58,941 nt of DNA, filler included, from Sphacelaria rigidula (GCA_964200075.2; 6 parts of 6 records of this genome joined end to end with filler, not necessarily neighbours in it); one strand, 5' to 3'; counted from the whole stretch's first letter, positions 36,590-51,001 are shown. The notes: generated by a model from the letters alone, not told the origin. A program made the numbers and translations.

Positions 36590-37176
36590 ACACGCATGAG
36601 TCTTCTATACATCTTGGAGGTTCGCCACGGTCACCACCTGAAGAACGAATTTCAGCCCATCACCGTCTAGTATATACACAATATATCTATATATTTATAT
36701 GTGTGTGTGTATCGTAATCTATCTCAGGTACGGTAAGTACTACTGTGTTTCGTGCTGTTTTCCCATGTGTGCATATCCTACACGTATCACGATCGTCTTG
36801 CAACGCCAATTTGCAGGAACTCCAATGAATGGCTACGGGTCTGAACTGCGGCAAGAGTTCTTACTCTTCTGACTTCTGTCATGCCCCAGTCTTTCGAACA
36901 AGCTACAACGTAGTGCAACGACAGCATATGACAAGTGAAAGAGCTACGGACTGAGTGCAGTTATCAAGCCCAGACAATTTCCTTCCACAGCTCACCATCC
37001 ACTGCGCATTTCTTGCTCCTGTCCAAAGGAGCTGCTACTGTGCTGGACAAGTGTGGAGAGTGGAACCAGAAAAGAGAGCTTGATTGCACGGGAGCGTGGG
37101 CTTCTATCTTGCGGGGGATACCATATTGTGATACTACTGTACTGGGTACTGTCTGGACTGACTGTGTTGTACAACT

Positions 37177-37274
37177 ATGAATCTGTTTGGGAAGGCGAAG
37201 GCAAAGCCAGTGGCCACAGATACCTCGGCGACCATTCTAAAACTGAGGGAGACACTGGATAGCTTGGACAAAAG
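37177..37274 (+). CDS. First coding exon of an ESCRT-III Snf7/Vps32/CHMP4-like protein (MNLFGKAKAKPVATDTSATILKLRETLDSLDK)
   Basis: ATG in CAACTATG context and a strong donor AAAG|GTGAGC (phase 2). The M-x-LFGK...I-x-KLRET-x-x-x-L-x-K pattern is typical of Snf7-family N-termini. The exon is too short for the ORF track, and the next exon was not found. Confidence 0.75.
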
Positions 37275-39263
37275 GTGAGCGTGTTCTACAATACTGTTCA
37301 AACCTGTAAACTTCGAACGATTGTGCAGCGACTGAATACATCAGCAAGGTTATCGATCACTCTCCCTTCACGTTCACTGAAATCAAGATAAATATACCGC
37401 AGAGCAGGGGGCCGGTGTTTGATTTTTGGAATTTGGGTTGCAGCACACTGCTACACCGTTGTTGTAACTTGTAATGTCTGTACGCACGGAACATCGTGAC
37501 ACTCAGTTGGCATCGAGGTTGTTTCTGCTGCTTCCTTTCTCGAGGCTCACGTATGCAATTGGGCAGTCAGTGCGCGGTACATTCAAGCTGTGATGCATGC
37601 CTTTCGTTCTACATTTGTTGGACCCACCAACATGTAGTAAACACACGTTTAAGCGTTTTTAATTCAGACAAGTAAGGCCGGAGCAGTCACGCATGAGAGT
37701 AGATGGATGCAGCCGCCCTCTGAAGCACGGAAGAGCGAGAATATACTCTCCCGGTTGCAGTACAAATGAATGTGCGCACGGTACAACCCGCCAGTTAATG
37801 CTGTTGCGGGTGCACGGTGCAACCGAGATGATCTGGTGCAGTCAGTGGCTTGCCTCTGCACCAGACCAAACAGTACTTGCTGTCTGTCGGGCTTGGCGCG
37901 ACCGAGGTGCAGGGCAGCTCAGAAGAGTACAGAACAGAACCATGTACAGTACAGTACTCGTCGCAGAATGCAGAGGTTGGTACGCGATTGCCGACAAAAC
38001 AACTACAGCGGTTAGAAGCGTAAGGAGGAACAGGCGGGCCTTGGGATTGTTCTTTCATCCCATTGCTTAGAATTTCATCGCGCTTGCGTTACTTCCCTCA
38101 TAGTATGAGGGGGGAGGTTCGAGAGCGGTGAAAATGAACCATGGATCGGTTCACCGAGTGAAGAGGAGGAGAAAGCGCAGCGCAGAGCCACTGTATAGCT
38201 TCTGCGCGCGTCCTGTCACTTCCTATCGATTGAGTACCCTGCGCTTATAGTGAAGGGTGGCTGTCTTTGTTCAAGCTTCGCGGACGTCATAGCACCGTTG
38301 GGCCGTAAATTACACTCGGTAGTCAGATCGTTTTGGACACATGATCTCCATATGTTTTGTTTTTTTTGTCAAGAAAACGTTATTTTACACGTCCACGACA
38401 CAAAAGCACCGCCAACATACACAAGTCCCTGCGGTGTGACTTCCGGATGATGTTGATAACAAAGATGCCGAGAGAGAAGATTTGGCCGGGCTGCTGGAAA
38501 ACCCTGAGAAATATTCTCAAAAGATGTCAATAACATCCCCCGAAGCACCGAAGTCATTTGAAAGTGCCGTCCGTGTTATTTATTCTCCAAGGAAAACTCC
38601 AAGAATTTTTCTCGGGTGCCACAGATTACCGCGCATCGATGAGAAGAAGAAAAATACGTCAACACTTGGTTTCATGGTTCGTGTCGAAAACGTGCGGTCG
38701 AATCGAATTCCCTCGTTTCTGATTCGCCCACGCTCTTTATTTTCTCAGATGGTTGAGAACATGGATGCCGTGGACGTATCAGGTAAGAGCAAATCCGATT
38801 CCACGGTACGTTTTCGAGTCGAAGACAATTTGATAAGACACGGCCTCAGTCACGCCAGTAATCGCTAACGGTGTACTTCTTGTAGGCAGCTGGCGGAATT
38901 GTTGAAAATGTGCTTCACCCGGATTCTGATCGATTGTTGGAAATTTGAGAACCGCGGCCATGGTGTAAGGCAGAGTCCCGTCTCTCGCGTTTTTTGTCGG
39001 TGAAATGTCATGAAACCAGTGAGTACGTCATGTGCCAGAACAATAACATGTGTGTGTTGAAAGCCACGGTCCCGACACTTCTCTCGGAATCTCTCGAGAA
39101 AGAAAAAGAAAAAAATCACATCTCTTCACCAGTGTTCTCAAGTGAACAACGCCGTTACCACTCAAGTATCGTCTGTGCGCAAGCAGCTCGACGTCGAGGA
39201 GTGTTGGAGTGTCCGTCCGTCTGGTGGCGACCGTGTTTCACTTGATTTAAGTTCACGTTTTTC

Positions 39264-39363
39264 NNNNNNNNNNNNNNNNNNNNNNNNNNNNNNNNNNNNN
39301 NNNNNNNTTAATTAATTAANNNNNNNNNNNNNNNNNNNNNNNNNNNNNNNNNNNNNNNNNNNN
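39264..39363. other. Artificial contig linker
   Basis: 100-bp N-TTAATTAATTAA-N. Confidence 0.98.
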
Positions 39364-42216
39364 TGTCTAGTGGAACTAATGAGCGGGGTTGATCTGGGGG
39401 TGTGGTTGGGATTTGGGGGTGAGCGGGAGGGAGAGATACGACGCGAAATCAGTAAGAGGGCAGTTTGAACCCAAAATGTCCGTTCACGCGTATGTTGTGC
39501 CAGACTTCTTCGTGACCGGGCCACGACCGAACACATAAGCCGTGACACACCAGGATCACCATGACCGTTAATCCCGTCGGATGCAGATACAGTCATGCGT
39601 GTAAGGAGACTACATGAGCCACTGCAAGGCCGTGGCGTAACTCGATGATGCATACAGGGAGAAACGCGAACCTGTCTTCCTCAACCGATGGCACAAGGCT
39701 GCTGCACACCATTAACCCTTTGACGGCGAGCAGAGGTCATCTGCTGAATCAGTATCAATTTCACTTGAAATATTGACTGCATGACCAAATGGCTTACCCT
39801 CGATGTCAAAGGGCTATTTGAAGGAGTCTAGTCTTGAGCAGTTTTGCCAACCGTCCGTGTCTACCAAGGCCACACTTCGCCAGGGGAATGTATGTGCCAC
39901 CCTTGCCCGAGGGTTCTCGGTATGCGTTGGGCAGGATGTTAGTGTTAGGGGTAGCAATGCTTGTAAAATGGTGTCAACCGTGGACATCTGTAGCCCAACG
40001 CCTGTAAACTAGCCTCGTATATGATATCCCGTGGTCTCACGTGTAAACAAACACGTTTCAACGAGAAAAAAAAAAGACGGTGACGCTTTGTTGGGGAGAA
40101 ATATATTGCATCGCAGTAACAAGACAGACGAGCACCACGTGACATCGCCTCAGATATAGTAAAATGTCTATATATACCTTGATAGCGTGCCCGCGTTGTA
40201 AGCACTGGATTGGCGTTACTCGGTCGCGGGGTTATCCTGCACTGCGGTTCAGTGTTATTCCTCTTCCATAATATGGAGGAGGTGTGTATGGGAGACTTTG
40301 TACCTCCTGGTAGCTACCGTCATATTCTGCAGTTTCAATTGTGCTAGATCAAGAGTATAGATCATCACGGGAAGAGGGGTGGGCACTTCTAACATCAAGA
40401 GCTCGCTTCACGGGCTGTGTGCGGAGGTGGAAAAGCGCCATCACGCACGAGACCCGTCACAGCACACATCGCAAGCGATTGCTACTGAAACGAGGCCGCG
40501 TCCCGGTAGTACACGGCAATGTTGTGCAAGGTTCTCTACATGTCGGCCCACCCCGCGCGCACGGATTTCAACTCACATTTGTATACAGTATATTTGCACG
40601 GTATTGCTTGCTGTCTGTGTGTGCCGAGAGGTGGTACGTGGTGTACCACCCCTCGCTCCGCCACATCTTGTATACAACGGTCGGTATTGCAGCTGAGCGT
40701 GCATTTGCCCTATGTGGCGCACGCATGAGTAAAAGGCCGCCTCGGCCGCTATGATGCCTGCCTATATCTTTAGCGGTGCTGTATGGTAACACAGCCGATA
40801 TGGCGCGCAAGCCGGCTGTAACATTTCATACCGTGGAGATTTCCAATCTTTCTTGAAGTTATAGTGCGCGCCGTTCGCACTTCGAGTATTTCCCATGTTG
40901 CAGTAGGTAATAGCTTGTGTACAGTACATTCGTTTTTAATTGTAATACTGACTGTCGAAAGCTGTTATCCAGGGTTATACACTTTCACATATATTAGGCG
41001 GTGATATCGTGAAATAATCCCCAGCACATGGCCGAAGTGGAAGTGAGGCAATCACCGAAACATCCAAGTGCAAAGCTTGTGCGGAAAAATCTAAGTTGAT
41101 AAGGCTAGAAGAATACCTGTGCAACGCCCACTCCGGCTACCAGCCTGTTTGCACGGCCGTCCCGGTAGTGGTGGGACTGTCTGTACCGAGATGTCGCCCC
41201 CAGTACCAGGTACGCTGGCAAGGGCCCGTCGCGCTACCCACTGGTCGCGCGACAGGAGCCTAACCTTCGACTGTCGACCATTTTGGAGCAGAAACGTTCA
41301 CCTCCCAACACTCATATATATAGCGGACCATAAACGATGCTTGTTTGCTGGGTTTCTTCGAGCGTTCATCCATAACTGGGCGAAGATTGATGATGAGGCC
41401 AGCAGGATCCGTTGCAGTCAGCGTGCTCAACTATCACTGTTCCCACCATAATCGTCATCAGACAGCAGGGTGGTGAAAAAAAAGTCCGACGCATCGTGGA
41501 TATCCACCGTATCACTGCAGACCGGGCCATCAGCGACTTCCCCTGCTGCAGCTGTGAATGTGACACCTTCCTCTGATACTAATCTACACACTCTCCCAGT
41601 TTCGGCGTCATCTGACGCGAGGTGCGGATTCTCTCCGCGGCTAAGCTGCCAAAACACCGCCTCCATATTATGGAAAAGGAGTAACACTGGGTCTGTGGTT
41701 TAAAAGTGTCGGTTCAAAAATCTCGCCGCACCTCTATCTTTTTTTTCCAACCAGCCGAAAAATGGAATCTATGTTTTTCCCGCTGGCATCCCTGAACCAT
41801 CGCGTCGCTTTAATGATACCGTTGACATTCAGTCTCCACACCTATTTGAGGCGCAGCGTGATGATCCTTTGGGGGAAAAAACAATGTTGGAACAGGTATT
41901 GTCTAGGGGTGTTATACAACGTATCAAAATTCGTCCACGAACGTATGTGCATGCGAATACTGCTATCACCTTCCAAGGTCGATGACAACAGGCGACTTCT
42001 TCGGGGAAGATCTGGATGACGCACCCACCATACGGCTTGAAGAAGACGTCGACAACAACATCGTGCTTATCCCAATTCCTCCCTCTTTTCTCCGTTACGT
42101 TCAGCTTGCTGGTTTCGTTCAAAAAACATACATATTACCTTTGTCATATTCTAACGTATCTCGCATACCCCTCAGTCATACTACTTTTCACCGGTCAGAA
42201 CGGCAGTAGGCACAAC

Positions 42217-42283
42217 ATGATGCTTTCTGCACGCCGCACCGCGCTAGCTCTTAGGGGAGTAGCTTCACCGCTCGGTACCAGAG
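42217..42283 (+). CDS. Candidate first exon encoding a mitochondrial presequence-like peptide (MMLSARRTALALRGVASPLGTR)
   Basis: CAACATG start context, an Arg/Ala/Leu/Ser-rich acid-free peptide, and AG|GTGCAG donor (phase 1). Confidence 0.4.
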
Positions 42284-43989
42284 GTGCAGTATACATTGAT
42301 TCATACCTTTCTATTAGCTGGGCAATGTTCACGGCCTGGAAATGTTGCACACTCATTTTGATGTTGGAATTTTTTTTCAAAGCTTGTAGCATGTACGCGC
42401 TCTGCACTGCTCTACACGTGCCACCTCGGGCGTTGCAATGTACACCTACTGAGTCGTGTGTGTGTCCACTTCTTCCCATTGCCATGGGGCAGCATGCGTC
42501 CCCGAAAGCACTGCATTCCAGTAGAGGACTGGACCGCTTGATTGTCTCTCGAGTTGGGTCTTGTCAGGGTGAGGTGTGAGCTTGCATGAGTCATGAGTGT
42601 ATGCCAACCAACGGAGCAAACAGTTTTCACGCGGAAGCAGCTTTGGGGGGTTGCAGAAGGACCACATGGCCCATGCCACCCTTGTTGCCGTAGAACAACC
42701 CTGTGGTCATGGGTAGGTCACGTTTACGTTACTGTCTCTACTGGCTGGGCTCCGGCCGTGAAGTATCTTGCACCAAAATAGAGGTGAAGCTGCCGAGTAG
42801 CCCTCTCTCCTATACTCAGTTGCTTCGATAACGGAGTACTTGTGTCGCTCGCCGCGCTCGCTTCTGCACATGTGTATGTCTCATTTTCTACTCTAGTTTT
42901 CAAGCTTATCAGGCCGTTCTCACATATCTTTGAAAATAAATCTCATAAGTGAAGGATCGGAGCGTAGCGGGATCTGCGGTTTGTGTATCGGTACGAATCG
43001 TTACATAGTGCAACGGATCAAGTCGCCGGATTACAGCGAAGCAAGAATCGGATTCAGCGTAGTCGGGAAGGAGTGGTAACAACATTACGGTTCGGCATTT
43101 ATTCAACAGTACCGTCAAGCAACGCAGCAGGCGAATTCGTTTTCCCATCCCTCCCACCCAACGGGGAAGTAGTATCGTGCTAACCATGTAGGATAGCAGA
43201 ATGCGCTTTCTTGCGTTCATACGCACACAAGTATTAGATAGTCATGGGCGTGGGGTGCACAAGGGGCACCAGATTGTAGAAATGCTACTCGAGACGGAGG
43301 CGATATACCGCCTCTATTTTGAGTTCGGGATTAGTAGCATTTCGCACCGTTTCCTTGCATATGCTTGCCGAGGAAAATTTAACAAAATCATTCCAGATTC
43401 ACAAGAGGAGCAAATGCCCATTTTGGCGATCCAGGGCCGATTTTCGCCGGAATATGAGGCTTGACAGATTGTTCTACTTCGGAAAGACTTGTTGTACTCT
43501 CCGGACAGAATCTTCAGACAAACGCCCTTCTTTTGGACAGGGTGAGACATCACTTGTGCAACCAAAAGTCAAACTGGGCTCATGAAAGATCGGGAAAGTG
43601 TCCTGCAGTAGAAGTCCTCTCGTCTTCTATTATACAGTAGCATGAGGAGCGATCTCTCTCACTACAGCGCAACAGTATCAAAGGAACACACTTTCCAAGG
43701 TTATGTTCTGTAGGGTGTCGTATACCCCGAACGTGGGGGGAAGGGGAGGGGATACTAAAGCATACCCGAATGTGTGGCGAACATTCCGGCATGGTTCGGG
43801 AGGATATCGAGCCCTGTTCCGAACACTCCGGTATGGTCCAGAAAATGTATATACCGATAAATTACCTGTTTGACACTTCTGGAAATATCCGAATTTCAGT
43901 CGGTATACCATACAGAACACATCCTTGATATTTTCAACGTTTCAACTTACGTCGCCGCTTCCCTGAGCTATCTCGGCACCACACTAATG

Positions 43990-44200
43990 TACCTTCCGTG
44001 GACCGTGGGGGGAGGTCACCTGCCGAATCGGCATCAATTTCACTTGGAAAAAGTATGCGTGATCCCGATGGACTACCCGCATCGCGGTCGAAGGGTTGAT
44101 TTACCCTTCGACGGGGAGAGTAGGTTATCCGTTGGATCGGCACCAATTTTACTTGGAAAAAGTAAGCATGATTCAGGTAGACTACCCTTTTCGTGGTGAA
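43990..44200 (+). repeat. ~110-bp tandem duplication
   Basis: ATCGGCA-CAATTT-ACTTGGAAAAAGTA-GC-TGAT...GACTACCC occurs at ~44027 and ~44136. Confidence 0.8.
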
Positions 44201-47200
44201 ACAGTCAAGCCATGTTTCCTTCGTGCTGCAAGCCTCGCCCCTCTCACTGCAAACCGCAAACCGTGTGTACGCGACTGCTCCGTCAGTTGAAGTACTCTCT
44301 GTCGTGGCATATATATAAATATATTTATATATTTCCATCTCAATTATTACAGCACCATCAAGTTCGAAGGCTCAAAGTTTCAGCAGCCGCCCCCTGTGTG
44401 CCGTCACCCTCTAAATGGTATGTATGTGTTCAGTGTCGTCTTGCATGTGAACGGGACATGCTAACAAAGAATCGTGGACAACAGTGGTTCAGGCAGTCTT
44501 CAGTACGTTTGGCTGTTGCATGCCTTTTATTATCTCCTCTCCTCCTTCCTTTCGGTGTACTCTCTTTTTTTTCGGCAGATGTGACGTTGTCGAGTTTTTT
44601 TTCCCATATAAGCTCGGGGGAGCTACTTCTCACATGTTTTCGTGGCGTCTCTCTTCTTATTTTGTTTTTTGGTGATTTGTCTTGTAGGAAATAACAAGGA
44701 CGGTATTGGAAAGACGAGCCTACGTCTGTGACCACGGGTTCACGAGATCGAACTAATGTGCGGGGAAAAAAATAATGATAATAATGCCGTCGCCTGTATC
44801 TCGGATGGCAAAACTATGTTACCTGGGCTTGACTCCATATACTATTTTACAGACTACCGTTCCGCCCAGCAGTTTACGTGAGTAAACATGATCGGGTACA
44901 GCGGTTGTCCCTTCATTCACAGAAAAGGATTTGAGTATAGAGAGCTGGGCGTTGGTATGCACCTCCACCATGTCTACGTGAGCTGTAGCAGAGCAATACG
45001 GCGCAAAACAAAGTGCGGTGCAGATTAAGCAAACGCATACGCAGGCGAAGCGTACGACATTGAAGCGGTCAGGGTGGAAGAGCATAGCGCACTACAGTGC
45101 TGGCCCGATCATGAGGAACAGCTGTTTAGAGCGAAGCTCAAAACCTTACTTTGGCAGCCAATCTGAGCGTTACTTCTCATTTCACCATTTTGCACGTCAG
45201 GCCACGAAAATTGCATACCTGGTATATATTTCCATTTATTATTTTGGTCATCTATTCTTCTCAGCCCAGCAATTTCATGTTTCTCACGCCATTTATTCTA
45301 CATACATACCAGCTTTCGTTGCATGACATTAATCCCATCTTTTGAGCTCAATTTCTTGCGAAGACATTTCCCATAAGCGGGCCGGCACTGTACAGCAATG
45401 CTGTGCTGTGCTGTGCTGTGTGCACGTGGGGTGAATTTCACACCCTTACGTGAGAACATCGTCTACCTCGGTGTCGCCGACAGTTGCAACAGCGACCATA
45501 GATGGATCCGAAATGTTTCGTTGAATTTGGAAAGAGACGCGCAAGTCATTCGCCGGGAAATCATGCCGTACAGCGAGAGAAATCGTGCGTCATCCTCGCT
45601 CATCGAGGACAGGTGGAGGTTGGATACCTCTGTCTGTAGGCAATAAGTCGCGAGTAGGCAACATAACGCGAGCAGCCCGTGATAAGAACAGTAGAGTTTA
45701 CTACGTGGTAGTTACTTGGTTTTAGTGTGGAAATTAAAAAAAAATCCGGATCTTTGTTGGAGGAGATATGCTCCAAGCGTCCACACAGCGCGTTTTTGTC
45801 TAAACTGGCGCCTGGAGCGCCGATTTAAGGTCGGACAACGCACACTTTGCGAAGGGAACACTTTGCACCCCCCTTGCCCGAGGGTTCTCGGTATGCCTTC
45901 GTTGGGGTTAGGGTTAGTGTTGATGTTAGTGTTCGCGTTATTCGAAGTAATGAAATCCCAAGAAATTTCCCACCCGCCCCCTACCAAGTGGTAAACTGAC
46001 CTCGATGTGGAACAGACGCAAAGCAAGGCTACCGTGTTGAGGACCTGACCTGTCAAGTATTGGATATCATGAGAGTCTGTTTACAGGATGAATTTGCGAA
46101 TAACAGAATTGAGGCCACAACGACCATCTTTGACTCCATCGACTGCTCCTTATTATGCCTCGACAAAAATCTGTTCGATTGCTTTTTTTGTACGATATTT
46201 TTCGAAGAGATTTCTCAAACACCGTCTCTTGCGGGGCATATTGTTCGAAAAATGAAGATTTTCTGAATAACGACAATTTCTTCGACAATTGTTGAGAAAT
46301 ACCTCCAACTCTGTAAGTCGGTCAGACTTTTGTGAGAAATCGCTTCAGACAAGCACGCCTCCGTACGCACGCGGCGGGTTAGAGAAATGGAGTATGAAGC
46401 TGTCTGTATAGGTCAAACGAGGACATTACAGCAGTTGAGTCGACCGTGGTGCACCAGGTTCGCAACAACATCGTGACATCTTTTTTTTTAGTTTCACTCT
46501 CTTTTATCCCTCCGTTATTCCTTCACTTTTTTTTCTGTTCCACATCCTTTCTTTTTTCCTTTCTTCACTTTGTTTTTTCCTCCTAATTTTCGCCCCCCTT
46601 TTCTGAAGTTTCTTCCAACAAGCATCCCCGTTTTATAAACCTTGGGGTAGGTCGAATTTGTGAGGACGCGACTGGAGTTGTGGCGGATCAAAGGTGTGAC
46701 AAGCAAAATGAATCGCCGAGTGGTGTTATCGACAACGCCATTCGCCTTGCAGCCACTAGTGTAATTGATAGAGCTCGGAAATGGTACCAGTTATAACTGA
46801 CCATTATCATTATGACGGTAATAACGGTGATGGTTATATGAACATTTTGGATAATGATTTCAAGCCATGATGTACCGTTACCGGCTACGTATGCTACACA
46901 CAGACCTTGAAAATTTGGCCCGAATTTCACGTATTTTTTTAACTCTAGTGAAGCCAAATCGCGTAAAAATGTGCATCCGGCACGGCGTCTCCAGCGGGGC
47001 CCCCTCTGCTTGGGAGGGCTTTTTAGATCGCGGCTGCGCCGCTCGATGACCAAACCATTATGTACCATTTAACTGCTTAATGGGTGCGCTACGCGTAACC
47101 ATCCAACTGGTTATTAGTTAGACAAACCATTTCCGAGCCCTAGGATTTGATTGATAGGTTGATTGAATATAAGATTGATTGATTGTCGTACTTAAGTTGA

Positions 47201-48080
47201 TATCTCAGGAGTCATGATCCAGCCGTTATCATTACCCACAAGATGGACGAATCCGAGGTGAAGATGAAATGGAAACACTCGTTGAAAAAGAGTGGAGAAG
47301 AAAACCGAACGGTAGATGAACAAGAGTAGGCGAAGAGAAAAAATAAAAAAAAGGAAAGGAAAAAAACACTGATGTTGATGAAATCATCTTGTTATTTTAC
47401 ACAAAATCGTATGGTGTGCGTGCGGCGGCGATGGCAGACCTGATGCCCACTTATTGTGCGTGGAAGGCGGCCGTGTCTCGTCTGGGTTCCACATTTCATG
47501 ACATTTTGTTTTTTGTTCCCATCCTTTCACCTTGTCTGGTCCATTTGTCTCCCTTGTGTTCTCTCATCATCGTCAAGGATTCGGACTTATCTCTCATGGT
47601 GAATTTACCGCGTTTTGAAGGAAACTAACCACGGTTTCTAATTATTTCAAACGAGTATGGGAACAAGTTGGCAGAAATATGCTGGGTTGGTTGGTTGATT
47701 GATTGATTGGCACGCTTGCCGCGAGAATTGTTTTTAGTTCGGGGCTTTTGGTGAGAGAAGTGAGTGCTTGTGTGAGTTTCCGGGCGCTAGTGCTGTTCGG
47801 TGTAGCTTGTCCAAAGTAGCGGAGGGTTTGAAGATGGGTGATAAAAAAAGGTGTAATATTTTGCGTCGGGTGTAGGTAAATGAGCAGTTATTCACTCAGA
47901 GCGAATCATCAAGATTTCCACACCCTGAAGGATAGATTCCGTGGTGAAAAAAAAAATGTACTGCGCACAGCACGAAATCTATGTCTTTTGCAATAGATGC
48001 AATATTCGATACTCTACGCTATACACATTTAATCATGGAATCTCTTGTCCTTATCCAGGGTGTGTAAAGACTATACACTG

Positions 48081-48348
48081 GTCGGACGTAGAATGATTCA
48101 TCCGAAAATTACTTGCTTTTTATCAGTGTAATTGATTCGTACCGTACGAATCAATCCTTGGGCTTTGTCTTCAGCAGACCCCCCCCCCCCCCAAGCACGC
48201 GCAACCGAGACGCCTGGAATAGCGTAAAAATTGCGCAGAGACTTCTTCGACCCTGCGGTCAACGTTTTTACCTTTTCCCGAGCAAGCAGGTCTCAGAAAT
48301 AGTAGATTTGGTGATCCGAACCAGTGATGATTTGTTTGAGCCTTGAAA
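48081..48348 (+). repeat. Dispersed repeat/transposon fragment homologous to the insertion at 55067-55326
   Basis: Colinear matches: GTCGGACG...AATGATTCATC, CGAATCAATCCTTGGG, GGAATAGCG-AAAA-TTGCGCAGAGAC, AATAGTAGATTTGGTGAT. Confidence 0.85.
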
Positions 48349-48445
48349 AGATTACCCGCCAAACGAAACTGTAGCCCCCAAACGTGAAGATCCTCATCAC
48401 TTCCCCCGCGGCGGCTGCGACGGCGACATGTTTTGTACACGACAG

Positions 48446-48543
48446 GAATTGTTTCCTCGGCTGGTGCTAAAAGCAGCAGCTCCCGGGCGGCGTTATCCTA
48501 CTCGGCGCTTGGAGTCGTTCTGGCGGCCGGAGCGTATACATAC
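48446..48543 (+). CDS. Candidate exon (G)IVSSAGAKSSSSRAALSYSALGVVLAAGAYTY: presequence end plus hydrophobic anchor
   Basis: GACAG acceptor (phase 1, compatible with 42217-42283) and TAC|GTGAGT donor. Confidence 0.4.
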
Positions 48544-48997
48544 GTGAGTCAAGTGATCAGAGATCTCGCGGTCATGATCATGCGCACCGTAGGTGCAGCA
48601 GCACGCTGGACGATGTGCTCACTACTCTCGAGGAGAGAGAGAGGGGGAGGTACTGATTTTTTTTTATGTACCTCAAATGCCGGGCGGGGGATCATATGTG
48701 CTCGCGCCTGGGATCCGAGAGGGTGGGGACGGGGGCGAGGTGTATGGGGGTCGAGCGGATAGGCAAGAGGTGGTAGCATAGCGATGGTGATGGAGTGCAA
48801 CGCACGCTCCGGGCAAAAAGGTTTACAACGTTGATCTTGTGGGAACCTGCGGACAGTCATCATCCCGCCAAGAATTTTTGGTCGTTGAGGATATATCATG
48901 TCGTCGTGGTCCTCCTTCGACCCATAGGATGCGTCGGTAGTCCTCGGGTCCGTCTTGCTTCTCAAGAACATATGGCTGAAAATTTCATCACCTGGGG

Positions 48998-49032
<35 letters not shown>

Positions 49033-49103
49033 GCACTTATTTGTTTTTTGCCCTAGTCGGTTGACCACTTGCCACCCCTCCCCCCCGAGGGGGAGCCTGC
49101 ATT

Positions 49104-49203
49104 NNNNNNNNNNNNNNNNNNNNNNNNNNNNNNNNNNNNNNNNNNNNTTAATTAATTAANNNNNNNNNNNNNNNNNNNNNNNNNNNNNNNNNNNNNNNNN
49201 NNN
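49104..49203. other. Artificial contig linker
   Basis: 100-bp N-TTAATTAATTAA-N. Confidence 0.98.
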
Positions 49204-49247
49204 TGACTATGGCATGCATGATCATGAGTACACCCCCCCCCCTCCCC
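49204..49247 (+). mobile_element. 3' end of oligo(C)-tailed retroelement at contig start
   Basis: TGACTATGGCATGCATGATCATGAGTACA followed by C10TC4; reverse complement of 9669-9704. Confidence 0.85.
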
Positions 49248-51001
49248 AAGCCCCAAGCCCCATATGTGCTTTTTCTTCATTTCGTATTGGTGAGGACGGC
49301 AAATAGGTTAGAAGACTTCATCGAGGGGTCGGCTTTGACAGCCCAGTTCCCCTTGATGGCGTGTGTGCTTCAAATCCAAATGCAGAGAGCTGCCAGCTGC
49401 TTGTTAGGGAACGCATCGCTCTCTGCAGAATACATAGAGGCGTTTTCTTTTTTTGCCGGTTTTGAGGGTAGGCTTCGAAAGCAATTGAAAGAAAAGGTCG
49501 CTGACCCTCTGCTTAGTGGTGTGCGGCGGGTGTATGTAGCGCCCGAACAGTGAGGGTGTCTGGACGCACGACTTCTCGATCAAAAGGGTATAGTAAACAA
49601 TCAACCATATTCAGGTGAAGCATCCACGGGGGAAAGGGGGGCCAGGGGGGGCGAGGGGATGAGTTTCTCTGGTCGAAATTGTGTTAATAACAGCCAAGAT
49701 ATTTTTTGCAGCCCAAACTCAGTCTGACTCACGTTGCTAGATCAAGTGTACTACACGACATGAAGTGGCTTGGCCCCGGCACCGATTTCATAGGTACGGG
49801 TTGTTATGGCATGTTCAAACTGAAACAAGCGATTTTCTTGTGTTACATGGTTCTTGTCGGGATTTCCGCTGGATACACGTGCGCTACTCAAACCCTATCT
49901 ACCGCAGATAAGTCAACGAGATTGCACCGTTTAGTTATTTTTTGTCTGGGCCGGGTCTGGACTTCATTTCCCTCCGATAGCTTGCTACAGCCCAAAACAG
50001 TAGCAGGAGAGCTGAAAAAACGATGTGTACGGTAGTCAGCATCGAAAATATTCTGATAAGCACCAAGTTATGAAGCAAACAAAGAGTACTGTATACCGTC
50101 GGAAGGAAGCGGCGCTCTAGCACACGGGATAGCACACGCAAAAGAGATGCATCTTTGCGTTAGCTGTCTGATGTCCCGTGTGTAGAGTGCTAAGTTATCT
50201 CCAGCGTTGTACCTCAATAACTTTCTGTCGCGACATCGACTGTATCTGTACCACAAGAAGATTCGTCAACGCTGGCCAGCCAGTTGACACCATGCTTCTT
50301 GTGTGCGTACGGCACCGATCAACGCGAGCCATCCGAAACAACAGCACGGCAGCCTACAAAAGGGAGCCAGCGGCATTGATGCGGGTACAGCCCTTTTCTC
50401 GGATTATGTTTTGTCCGAGCAGCATGAAACAAAAACAACAACGATGGGGCTATCCTAAACCATGCCACGTATCCAAGGCCGTGCAGAATGCAGCAGCAAG
50501 ATAAGCGCAAATGGAGACTGTAACGCCAACCCCGGCCACCGCAACCATACCGCGGGCACGGCGGCACTCGAAGCAACCGTTGGGTACACTATCCCGCATA
50601 CCAATAGACAGAGCACCGCTTGTGAGACTGCCGTCGTCTTGGATATCACCCTGCCCCCCCACGGTACTCTACCGCAGCTGCGGGCACCCCAAGACCGGCA
50701 AAACCATGTGTGACGGAGTTAACACTAAAATCAAGTTTGTATTGTGAGGTGTACTATGAAACGTAAAGACTGGTCAGAAGGTTATATTAAATTACTTGAA
50801 TAAATAGTGTTTGTACCATGAAAAAAAGACGTACCTATGACCCCACCGCCTTCACCCCGGCGTTAATCCCTGAATATAGTACCACGTGGTGACTTCGTCG
50901 CACACCCTTGCAACCCCACAGGACCAGCGAACAACATCGACATCATACGATATGGTCAGCACGTCGACACACGACAATGACGTAGCTCCATCGGCTTTCA
51001 C

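Noticed and set aside
45900-45935. Telomere (GGGTTA)
   Set aside because: Only two units, internal to a dispersed repeat family.
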